A stretch of DNA of 64,000 nt from Desulfosudaceae bacterium (GTDB lineage Bacteria > Desulfobacterota > Desulfobacteria > Desulfobacterales > Desulfosudaceae), in NCBI GenBank assembly GCA_963674745.2, contig CAXXDV010000003.1, forward strand, positions 1,920,001-1,984,000. Reading direction: 5' to 3'. Both the position numbers and the translations under genes were made by a program. Below are positions 20,001 to 26,700 of the stretch, piece after piece (the stretch's first letter is position 1; each line of letters begins with the position of its first letter). The notes under the pieces were generated by a model. That model searched no databases. It saw only the letters and a list, made by a program, of their open reading frames with translations, and had not been told where the DNA came from.

Positions 20001-22912
20001 GTGGCGCTGGTGGCACCGGTAAGGTCGACGCTGCGGTTGATAAGGGAACCGGAAGCGCTGGCCGTTGCGGAAAAAGTGATGTCCACATTATCAAGGTATA
20101 CGTAGTCATTGTCCCAGCTCCAGGTAGAACCTGAATTGGAACGGAACCGAAGGGTAATCGTGTTATTAACCGGATTCCAGACGATCGGAAAGGAATAACT
20201 TCCGGTCATGCCATCATCCAGCGTGACCAGTGACGTGTATCCACCTCCGGTACTGTATTCGGCAATTACCGTTTCACCGGCTTCAACACCAGCATCCGTG
20301 TAATCAAAACTGACGGTAACAAGCGTCGCACCGGCCACATTCGCCGTCCTCAGAATGGCATCATCGGGTTCGCACTGCCTTAATTCAAGCCGATTATTTC
20401 CATTACTGAGCCGAATGGTTCCCGTACTGTAATCCGGCGTGCCGGCGTCGTTTTCTTCTGTCCAGGCCCCGGTCCAGCTTCCGGTTCCGCCATTATAAGT
20501 ATCATCTGTGGTGAAAGGATCATTCGCACTTCCGCCGGCAGTGGTTCCCGGCCGGAATTGCAGCGCCCCCCCCGTAACCCAGACGGCGCCGCTGCCGGGA
20601 CCGGCACCGAATGAGTCAGTTTCTGTCCAATCACCGGACCAGTTGGCCGTGCCGTCGTCATTGTCGTAAGCGGCGCTTGAAAACTCGTCCCGTACGTTGG
20701 CAGACACCGGCCCCTCTACCTCGGCACTTGCCGCCACATAGGTGACGCCCGAAGGCATGGCATCATAAACCGAGATATTATTTAACGTGGTGGTGCCTGA
20801 ATTGGTTACCGTAACCGTGTACGTGACGGTGTCTCCCGGATAAGCAGCGGTGGCAATGTCCGAGGTTTTGGTGACATCCATATCTTCGTTGCCGTATGTG
20901 ACAAAGGCAAAATCCGACGTGGTAAATGTCTGGGGCACTCCCTCCACTGTCCGGGTGCCGATGGCGGTCACATCATTCTTGGAAAGATCGCCCACGGCAA
21001 AATTCTGGGTCGTCCGCCCGTCAAAAGAGATATAGAGTTTCTGGTTTGGGGCCATGGTGCCCAGAATAGCGCTTCCCCATGTCAGGGTTCGATTGTCAGG
21101 CCCGGAAGGTGTCGGGTCAGTTATGCCCGGGCTGCTGCCGTCCGGCAGGGTGATCTGAGTGGTGCCGCCCACATATTCCCAATCGGGCGGGAGTAAATCG
21201 ATCACCTCGATATCGTCGACCGGGTATTTTCCGGTTTCCACCTCCAGGGTAAATGTTGTCTGCTGGGGAGAAGCGGTGGGGATTATACCGGGATCCACGC
21301 TTTTGTTCACCCTCAGGACCAGATCGATAAAATCACTGCCGGGAATTGTCGTATATCCGACGTCAATGGCCGGCGTGGCAGCCGGGGCCCCGGGATTCTG
21401 ACCGTAGGCGGCCACATAGGGGCCGGTGGCGTAAATATTGGCTTCCGTCATGTCACCGTCATTGGGATCAAATACATACTGGGAATCCAGGCGATCAAGA
21501 TCGTAAAAAACATCAAAAGGATTTGCGTCCGACGGATTATAATCGATAAATATCCGGGTATTATCCTGAGCGGGAGAGAGATATACACCGGAATTGTCGG
21601 CGTCCCCACCTGTCCCCACCGGGTATGATCCCGGCGCCCATCCCATGAAATGTTCATTCTCCAGCAAAAACGCCGGCACCAGGCTGTATCCCCAGTCATG
21701 GGTCCGGCCGGCCCCGAAATCAGCCGCGTCTCCGTCAGAGGTATCAATAGTAGAGACGCCCCAGAACACATCACTGGCTGACAGGTAAACACCAGATGTC
21801 AGGGGGACATACCCCCCCGTGCCCTGAAAATAGGAACGGGTGGTTTTGGGATTGATGTTAAACCATCCGGACCCGCCGCCATTGGTCTGGTAGTCAATCC
21901 GTAAGACCGTATCATTGGGATTGTAGAGATAGATATCCGTATCCCCGTTATTGGCTGAAGTACCGCTGTTCACCGGCGCGTAATACTCATTGTCCCAGAA
22001 CCCCCGGGGAAAGGCGGACAATCCCCTGACTTCATAATTAGACCCCTGGTCCCCCACGACATATTGTACCTGGATAGTCGCGGAAGCCTGGATTCTTGTG
22101 CCGGCAATCAGCAGATTATCTGCCGTACTGCCATTGACCGCAGCGCCGTTAATGGCCTGGTCGCCCATGGTGACCCTGTCTAACAAAAGCACATCCCCCT
22201 GGTTAAGCGTATGGGTTGTGCCGTCAAGCGTGCCGTCGCGGTCCCAGTCAAGCTGGTCATAGACGCCGTCCTTGTCCAGGTCCACCTGGATTACTGTTCC
22301 ATCAGCGGTTGCCTGGATCAGGTTATAGACCCGGTCAAAATCCCAGTAGTTCTTGGCCGCGTCTCTGGCCAGATCTTCGCCGAAAGGCATGATATAAGTG
22401 GTGAGCTGCGGTCGAACCGGATAGACCTCCCAGGCAACGGCCAGGAGGGTCCCGGCCGCTTCGGTCCAGGAAGCACGGGCCACGGTGACGGCCCCTCCGG
22501 CCACGTATATGTGATCCCTGCCGTCATAATACGTGGCGGTACCGCGCGGGTTGTTGGGGACATCGGTCCCCTCGAAAATCTCACTGTCCCCGCGGGGAAC
22601 AATCAAGCGGATTTCATCAGCGGTGGCGGCAGGATCGGCCTTATCAAAATCGTATCCGTCTTCCCAGTGATCGTAATACACGGTGGTATTTGGCGACCAG
22701 GCTGTCACCGAAATAATGGAATGCAGAGGGCCTGAAACATCATCATATGCAATGTCATCCAATACAAATGACATGAGATTCTCATCCCCGGGAATAAAAT
22801 ATTCGGAATATCCCGCTGAGGCGGCCCCGAATGCCTGACCGGCTGTAAAAACAATACAGAAGAAAACCATCAGAAAACGGATTAACGCTTGCGGCTTGTT
22901 ATGACAATTCAT
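14003..22912 (-). CDS. Giant secreted multidomain protein: DUF11 and SdrD-B-like repeats, duplicated beta-rich module, dockerin-like domain, C-terminal C25 (gingipain-family) cysteine peptidase
   Basis: Signal peptide; DUF11-like VTKT..PGDTVTYTVTVTN; five GDxVWxD..G..D..E.G...V.V.L-type repeats; GDLNNDGLID/ADVNGNGKVD pair; C25 motifs ADYLII, YVLLVGD, GRIPV, NYIGHG, TCLAGDF, LLGDPAL. Confidence 0.88.
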   Translation of the reverse strand: MNCHNKPQALIRFLMVFFCIVFTAGQAFGAASAGYSEYFIPGDENLMSFVLDDIAYDDVSGPLHSIISVTAWSPNTTVYYDHWEDGYDFDKADPAATADEIRLIVPRGDSEIFEGTDVPNNPRGTATYYDGRDHIYVAGGAVTVARASWTEAAGTLLAVAWEVYPVRPQLTTYIMPFGEDLARDAAKNYWDFDRVYNLIQATADGTVIQVDLDKDGVYDQLDWDRDGTLDGTTHTLNQGDVLLLDRVTMGDQAINGAAVNGSTADNLLIAGTRIQASATIQVQYVVGDQGSNYEVRGLSAFPRGFWDNEYYAPVNSGTSANNGDTDIYLYNPNDTVLRIDYQTNGGGSGWFNINPKTTRSYFQGTGGYVPLTSGVYLSASDVFWGVSTIDTSDGDAADFGAGRTHDWGYSLVPAFLLENEHFMGWAPGSYPVGTGGDADNSGVYLSPAQDNTRIFIDYNPSDANPFDVFYDLDRLDSQYVFDPNDGDMTEANIYATGPYVAAYGQNPGAPAATPAIDVGYTTIPGSDFIDLVLRVNKSVDPGIIPTASPQQTTFTLEVETGKYPVDDIEVIDLLPPDWEYVGGTTQITLPDGSSPGITDPTPSGPDNRTLTWGSAILGTMAPNQKLYISFDGRTTQNFAVGDLSKNDVTAIGTRTVEGVPQTFTTSDFAFVTYGNEDMDVTKTSDIATAAYPGDTVTYTVTVTNSGTTTLNNISVYDAMPSGVTYVAASAEVEGPVSANVRDEFSSAAYDNDDGTANWSGDWTETDSFGAGPGSGAVWVTGGALQFRPGTTAGGSANDPFTTDDTYNGGTGSWTGAWTEENDAGTPDYSTGTIRLSNGNNRLELRQCEPDDAILRTANVAGATLVTVSFDYTDAGVEAGETVIAEYSTGGGYTSLVTLDDGMTGSYSFPIVWNPVNNTITLRFRSNSGSTWSWDNDYVYLDNVDITFSATASASGSLINRSVDLTGATSATLSFDYSAANLESGDTIVAEINSDGGATFTPLQTFDGDNTAQPDLSYDISSYIGSATTVQFRVSGGIDADGEYCDIDNVNIAYSGGITTVAGHDPPGFVLSGDNYDLAAGQSLILTFQATIDDPLATGITEITNTASVTSSEIFTPVSASVTDPVVNPDQSSAVVGDRVWLDANGNGILDLGESGIPNVKVTLKDQYGTPLQTMLTNSIGYYQFSDVEIDTGYYVEITDGLPPGLVQTTDGRTDNRTDSFDLSIAASSGNYRDEFSSAAYDNDDGTANWNGDWVETDPSGAGAGTGTIWITGGDLQFRPGIVSGNANDPFTTDNTYNGGTGWNNGPWTEENDPGTPDYSTGTIQLQNNNNRLQLRRCDVDDAILRSQTVTGADSVTVSFDYDDAGIEAGETVIAEYSADGGASYTPLVVLDNNDDGSYSFPIAWDPADPTITLRFRSGSTWNNDNDRVRLDNVNIAYSGSNSAAGSLIKRVADIEHANSATLSFGYEAANLESGDTIVVEASPDGSNFTVLETFDGTAGSGSRSYDLVALGLASDTTTVRFRATSGLDAADEYFNIDDVDIAYTIPDLTLTEYLDADLGYQPDPGTAFFGDLVWSDADRDGIRDPGEPGLPGVTVRLYTDTNGNGIIDGGEPFIETDTDAAGRYLFAGVAASGTEDYIVWVDQSDLPAYDLTIPITGIYSYQDVDAGDSYLNADFGFVQNTPGTTYDISDRVWLDNGLPTGTGDNGIQDGTEGGLAGVTVDLLDASLNLIATTTTDSNGDFTFSGVPAGVRYTWEVTDQAGVLNSYYGTTPSALSGSFQMPGTLTVDLDYTSVPHFGYNLSRSLGDTVFNDNGAGGGTVGNGVQDGDEPGIRNVTVTLYRDVDNDGNFEPGGDDGASLGILVTDANGKYLFSGLSDGWYWVSIDDTQVALSDFYLTSTDNDGSAAGHQRRVQISGGVSNFEADFGYDTLNPGSLSGTLWEDDDVDGIIDGTEPRLANVTVDLIRNGVVIATATTDASGDYAFAGLATPAPGVDYTVRVTDINSVLNGYEIVYEKTEGTTEPFDGEEDESLTSDEDVDDIDFGFFKIKPTLAVISYFKAFVQNGHVILEWETVSQVGTLGFTVARRDEGSMMRVTNRPIPALVFPHGGVYRCLDATAKPGETYTYHLIELEASGQTRRYGPYTVTADMVDGAMDTRHEADLFRKGFSRTDRRLVSSTTETDGSLKSFEAVVRPSKMAVNTALTQSFDRGLERSVGPGPLTGVRDVKIRVEASGLYRVAVDKLALALNVNEVDVIDTLAAGKVRLSNRGLPVAYYPEADYSAIYFYGEAFSSIYTDHNVYWLKLMPDNGMGDLNNDGLIDAADLAIGLDVMTGRPAGDLRPDYAASDADVNGNGKVDMAELAYIRNALAGFTATSADNVPALTGEDKSFSATVHFEKETFFKTDVPIDVADFWFWDIFTLGNPQFGPAYGFDPFPLDVPAVAPGDTFTAELTVHFHGFSDNLHRADVILNQGTGSELNLGEVNWSGFEPVSKTFSFNQQYLVEGANTVKVVGLTTDDAFGVDSFDLTYQKSYVAAGDMLHFTAGGNDVITVTGFAGPDISLFDLSDTKTPRRVQNAALDTTNNRITVAPENTDTPYLALLPSAVKEPELLADEPSNLKDPSNRADYLIIAADELTAGAQLLSDYRSGRGMTPMVVRLSDVLDEFSFGVYDPYAIRDFIDFALTQWTMSPQYVLLVGDGTFDYKNNLETFSVSVRNLMPVVMTFTPYGIYASDVIYGDVDEDRLSNVVLGRIPVKTINEMSDYVSKIIAYEAGVPGARDNVLMVADKPDSTISNNFPADSNDVSALVNGFTVDTLYYPGRTAGEMRNDFVAAVDSGEWLVNYIGHGGYDVMSNFFNTTHQGLLTNGQFPIYVALTCLAGDFSYPWMDTLSEELVLRSGGGMIAAWSPTGLSINSEAVRMNKELFWVLFDEKAGTIGQAVSRALERYQALGNLEYPYMQDIYSLLGDPALQIR
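18300..20695 (-). repeat. Intragenic duplication of a module of roughly 300 aa within the giant protein
   Basis: RDEFSSAAYDNDDGTANW...ANDPFTTD.TYNGGTG...AANLESGDTIV occurs twice; DNA near-identical at an offset of about 1470 bp (e.g. 18478 vs 19948). Boundaries approximate. Confidence 0.85.
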
Positions 22913-23079
22913 TTTTTTTTATCCTCTGCACAAAAACATGGTGATATGTAAATCACCGGGGCCGAACTCGGCTTTTTCAAGAAAGGCGGACAAAATCTGC
23001 CTTGAAGGACCTGAACAGTTATCTTCATCAGCGGAAAAGGATGGCTTTAAATTAACCTGTCGGCGCCCGTCAAAAATGT

Positions 23080-24846
23080 TTAAGGAACACATGTGCCTAT
23101 AAAACACCCGGAAGAACCGCCACCGCCACCACTGCTGCTGTTGCTGCTACTTCCGGTTTCAGGCGCGACAATCCCACCCGGATCGATAATCACCCCGTTG
23201 GCCACACCGTCCAGGTCACCCGGGCCGCCATCCGTCAAAGTCAGGGTCAGAGAGCGCATACCTTCAGCAAACACGGCATATCCGCTGAAATCGTAAAAGC
23301 TCTGATCAACCGTGGTCTTCCACCATTGCGATCCGGACGTCATTTTTTCGGAAAAACCGATGGTGATGGTTACGGTAGCACCGGAAACGGCGGTCTTCAA
23401 CCGGAACGACAGCAGGCCATGGGTGAAATTGACCGGCCAGAAACCGGCATTTTTAAAATCTTCGGCCGGCGCCCATCTGAAACGCTCAATATTTTCCACG
23501 CCTTCATCTGCAGCCAGACTGAAGCGCAGACCGTTGGCACGGGACTGCAGGACCAAGCCCTCATCACCGGCATCGATTAAATTCGTCTGAATATTCCCGT
23601 TCACGACATCCTGATCATCCGGGACACCGTTTCCGTCATCATCCCTTACCGGGTCGGCACCAGTGGTAAACTCGCCCGCAGTTTCCCACGGTCCGGTGTC
23701 ATAACGAATCCGCCAGTAGTAGGTCGTATAAGCATCCAGTATGAGATCCGGAAGTTGAATTTCCGTCACATCATAGGGGCCGGTATATTCAAACAGCAGA
23801 TTGGTGAAGGTGCTGTCGGTACTGATCTGCCAGACGATGACCGCGTCCGGTCCGACCGTGTCGGGGCCGGGGAACGGCTCTATCTCCATCACCGGATTCA
23901 GGGAAACATCAATGGCACCGTTGGCCGGGCCGATCAGGACATCATGGCAGTCGGGAATACCGTCTTCATCACTGTCAGCATCGGCTACCCCGCAGCCACA
24001 GGCGCCCGGTTCGGTTTTTAACGGGTCATCGGGACATTCGTCCTCATTGTCCGGCACACCGTCATTATCCGAATCCACAACCGGATTAACATCGTTATCG
24101 TCGCCACCCGGCTCCATACCCGGATCGTCGTCAGGCGGTGTCACGCCGCCACTGTTACCCAGGACATTAAAAACAAACAAAGGCTGCTCATCAAACCCGT
24201 CCTTGACAACAGCGGCTTCCATTCCATCCGTATCGTCACGACCGGCCCCACTGTCCGGTCCAAACAGGTACAAAAGGGGCACGTTTTCCGTCAGATCTTT
24301 ATCTGCCGGGTTGAAAACCCCGTTATTGTTATTGTCAGTCCCCCAACCGGCCGGGCCGTTACAAAGTCGGCTCTGAAAAAGGCGCATGCTGTGGATGCCG
24401 GCCGGGGCGGCGCTTTTAACCCGAAAAACAACGGTAAACAACGTTAACGGTTCCGAACCCGCATCTAAAGCCGAGGGTTGTTTGAAAATGCCGGTTAAAA
24501 AAACCGTTCCCGGATTCTCTGTGTTGCTTGACCAGAAAGAGCCCATACCGGGTTCGCCACTCATATCATCCCGGTGAATTTCAAAAACCGATGTGGTCAC
24601 CGCCTCGGATTCCAATGAAAGCACATTTCCCGGGTACGTCAGAGAAAAGGCAGCACCTTCGAACGAGGAGATATCCGACGCAACGATATTGACGGTCAAC
24701 AGCGTAGCCCCTCGAAGATTTCTAGGCGTACCATCCAGACCAATCGTTACGGCAAATGAATTTGCTGCCGGAAAAAACAGGCAAACAAAAGCCAGAAAAA
24801 CAGACAGGAGGATATTCTGTCCTATTTTATTGTTCTTGAGTCTCAT
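23080..24846 (-). CDS. Secreted surface protein: cohesin-like domain, TSP3-like Asp-rich repeats, FN3-like domain, choice-of-anchor-U-like domain, Gly/Ser-GCFI tail
   Basis: Signal peptide; TVNIVASDISSFEGAAFSLTYP..VL (cohesin-like); DSDNDGVPDNEDECPDDP; GLLSFRL...LTLTDGGPGDLDGVANGVIIDPGG; ends SSSGGGGGSSGCFIGTCVP. Confidence 0.8.
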   Translation of the reverse strand: MRLKNNKIGQNILLSVFLAFVCLFFPAANSFAVTIGLDGTPRNLRGATLLTVNIVASDISSFEGAAFSLTYPGNVLSLESEAVTTSVFEIHRDDMSGEPGMGSFWSSNTENPGTVFLTGIFKQPSALDAGSEPLTLFTVVFRVKSAAPAGIHSMRLFQSRLCNGPAGWGTDNNNNGVFNPADKDLTENVPLLYLFGPDSGAGRDDTDGMEAAVVKDGFDEQPLFVFNVLGNSGGVTPPDDDPGMEPGGDDNDVNPVVDSDNDGVPDNEDECPDDPLKTEPGACGCGVADADSDEDGIPDCHDVLIGPANGAIDVSLNPVMEIEPFPGPDTVGPDAVIVWQISTDSTFTNLLFEYTGPYDVTEIQLPDLILDAYTTYYWRIRYDTGPWETAGEFTTGADPVRDDDGNGVPDDQDVVNGNIQTNLIDAGDEGLVLQSRANGLRFSLAADEGVENIERFRWAPAEDFKNAGFWPVNFTHGLLSFRLKTAVSGATVTITIGFSEKMTSGSQWWKTTVDQSFYDFSGYAVFAEGMRSLTLTLTDGGPGDLDGVANGVIIDPGGIVAPETGSSSNSSSGGGGGSSGCFIGTCVP

Positions 24847-25034
24847 ATCCTGATTCACCAGCCATTTTGTCAACCTTGCAGAGGGAAAAGGTCGCCTCTA
24901 ACTGCCTAAAGCTTTAACTAACCGATATAATACATATTAAAATCAGACCGTGGTATTAATAGCAGAAAATACATGAATAAGTGAAAAATCGATCACGGCT
25001 GAAGATATGTATATTCAACACTAAAAGTTAAAAA

Positions 25035-25050
25035 TGCAATTTTTGTACCA
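25035..25050 (-). promoter_or_regulatory. Predicted sigma-54 (-24/-12) promoter
   Basis: Minus strand TGGTACAAAAATTGCA matches TGGYAC-N5-TTGC with exact GG-N10-GC spacing; about 190 bp upstream of the 24846 start. Confidence 0.75.
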
Positions 25051-25341
25051 TTCGCCCGCCATTTTCAACACAACAGCCAGTTTGTTCTCATTATCTCAGC
25101 GTGACCGCTGTCGCAAATGAAACCTTTTAGCAAAAAAACCCTTTAACATAATAAAATCTAATGGTTAAAAACAATCCCCCTTCTTGGGAGCATCTTTGAC
25201 AATTTCAAGCTGCCCCCGGCATTAACAAAAAAAGCTACCTATGGGGGAACGTCAGCCCCATTACCACCCGTCGCCCTGCCCCCAAAAAACAGGAAATGAC
25301 GATTTTTGTAATTTAACCGACCAGTTTTGTTACAAATCCTT

Positions 25342-26700
25342 TTAAGAATGCGTTTCCGATGGGCGGTATTCAAGCATGGGTAATACACAAACAATACCGG
25401 TCAAAAACCAGAATGGCTCCATGATACGGACAATAATAAACGTGTTGGCGGCCAGGGCGTGAAACAGCAGTCCGACAAAGCCGGCAATATATCCCACACA
25501 TAAACCACGATAAAAAGGTTCCGCCGTATTCCGCAGGCTGAAAAAAGCCATTCTGAATACAGCGTAAATTAAAAACATAAACGTTATCAGCCCCAGAACA
25601 CCTGCTTCAACCAGTACGCGCGGGTACTGGGAATCAATAAAACGATGACCGGTAATACCGTATCCCAGTAAAGGACTTCTGGTCCAGTCCATTACCGCTT
25701 CCTTTAGGCCGAAAAGCCTGGCTGAGGTTGAAGTATCAAGCCGGAAACCGCCGAAACTAACCTGAGCCTGTACCTGGTGTACAGGCTGGGTGAAAGTGTA
25801 TAAAATCCGATCTTTTACCACCCTGGGAAGCAAAAGTGGACTAACAATTACAAAAAGGCTCAACAGCGCGATCAAAAGCCCTCTTTTTCGGGAAAAAAGG
25901 CTGATAAACAGTAGCATGGGCAACATCGCCAGATAGGATGCTCGGGACTGGGTGAATAGAAACGGCGGAATCATGACCGACAGGAGAACGAATGTCAGTT
26001 CTTTAATCCTGGTTTTTTCACTATACAGCAAAATACCCAGGGTAATGGCCGTCATGAATACCAGATATCCGCCGAATGTATTGGGCTCTCCTGTCTCTCC
26101 TTCAAAAGGGGCGCTGACCCGTCCGCCGCCGGGTATCTGCATAACACCGATGATGGACACAATAAAACAAGTCAGGAAAAGGCAAAAAACAAAACGATTT
26201 ATCTGGTCCTTACCCCGGATATGATTAACCGTCATAAAAAAAACTATGAAATACTCGAAATACTTTAGAACAAAAAACATACCGGTCTTGGGATCTACCC
26301 GCCCGGCCATGATCCCCCATACGGTTGCGATCACACAGGCCAGTAAATACAGGAATATGGGTTTATTCAACGGGGTTTTAAGAAAAAGCCCCAAATCCTT
26401 GTAAATCGCATTGCGGGCGAACCAGCCGGCACCGATGATGATCAGCAGAAAATCATCAAACCGTAGCGTAATGCCCCTGCCCAGAGAACCACCGGCAGTA
26501 GTGCCGACCACAAATTCAGGCGACAGCAGCATTGAAAAAATGAGCAGATATAGGCCAAATTCGAGATTGACAAAAGAAAAGATAAAAACAAGCAGGCCCA
26601 GGATGCCGATGAAAACATGCCAGGGCGGAAACTGGGAGACAGCAAATCCGGCGGTCAACGCCAGCAGAAAAAAACCTATAACAGAAAATAATTGTCTCAC
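25342..26700 (-). CDS. O-antigen ligase / Wzy-like polymerase family membrane protein
   Basis: Polytopic; R.SAPF..EPNTFGGYL, TQSRASY, SAR, PLLGYG, LVEAGVLG. Confidence 0.85.
   Translation of the reverse strand: MRQLFSVIGFFLLALTAGFAVSQFPPWHVFIGILGLLVFIFSFVNLEFGLYLLIFSMLLSPEFVVGTTAGGSLGRGITLRFDDFLLIIIGAGWFARNAIYKDLGLFLKTPLNKPIFLYLLACVIATVWGIMAGRVDPKTGMFFVLKYFEYFIVFFMTVNHIRGKDQINRFVFCLFLTCFIVSIIGVMQIPGGGRVSAPFEGETGEPNTFGGYLVFMTAITLGILLYSEKTRIKELTFVLLSVMIPPFLFTQSRASYLAMLPMLLFISLFSRKRGLLIALLSLFVIVSPLLLPRVVKDRILYTFTQPVHQVQAQVSFGGFRLDTSTSARLFGLKEAVMDWTRSPLLGYGITGHRFIDSQYPRVLVEAGVLGLITFMFLIYAVFRMAFFSLRNTAEPFYRGLCVGYIAGFVGLLFHALAANTFIIVRIMEPFWFLTGIVCVLPMLEYRPSETHS

Noticed and set aside
18300..20695. 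DGR template/variable repeat or CRISPR-like repeats
   Set aside because: Both copies are in-frame coding, differences are not adenine-specific, and no reverse transcriptase or cas gene is in the window.
22919..23107. 62-aa ORF between the cohesin-like gene and the giant gene
   Set aside because: No RBS or motif, and it overlaps the upstream stop. I also saw no evidence that it continues the GCFI tail by frameshift.
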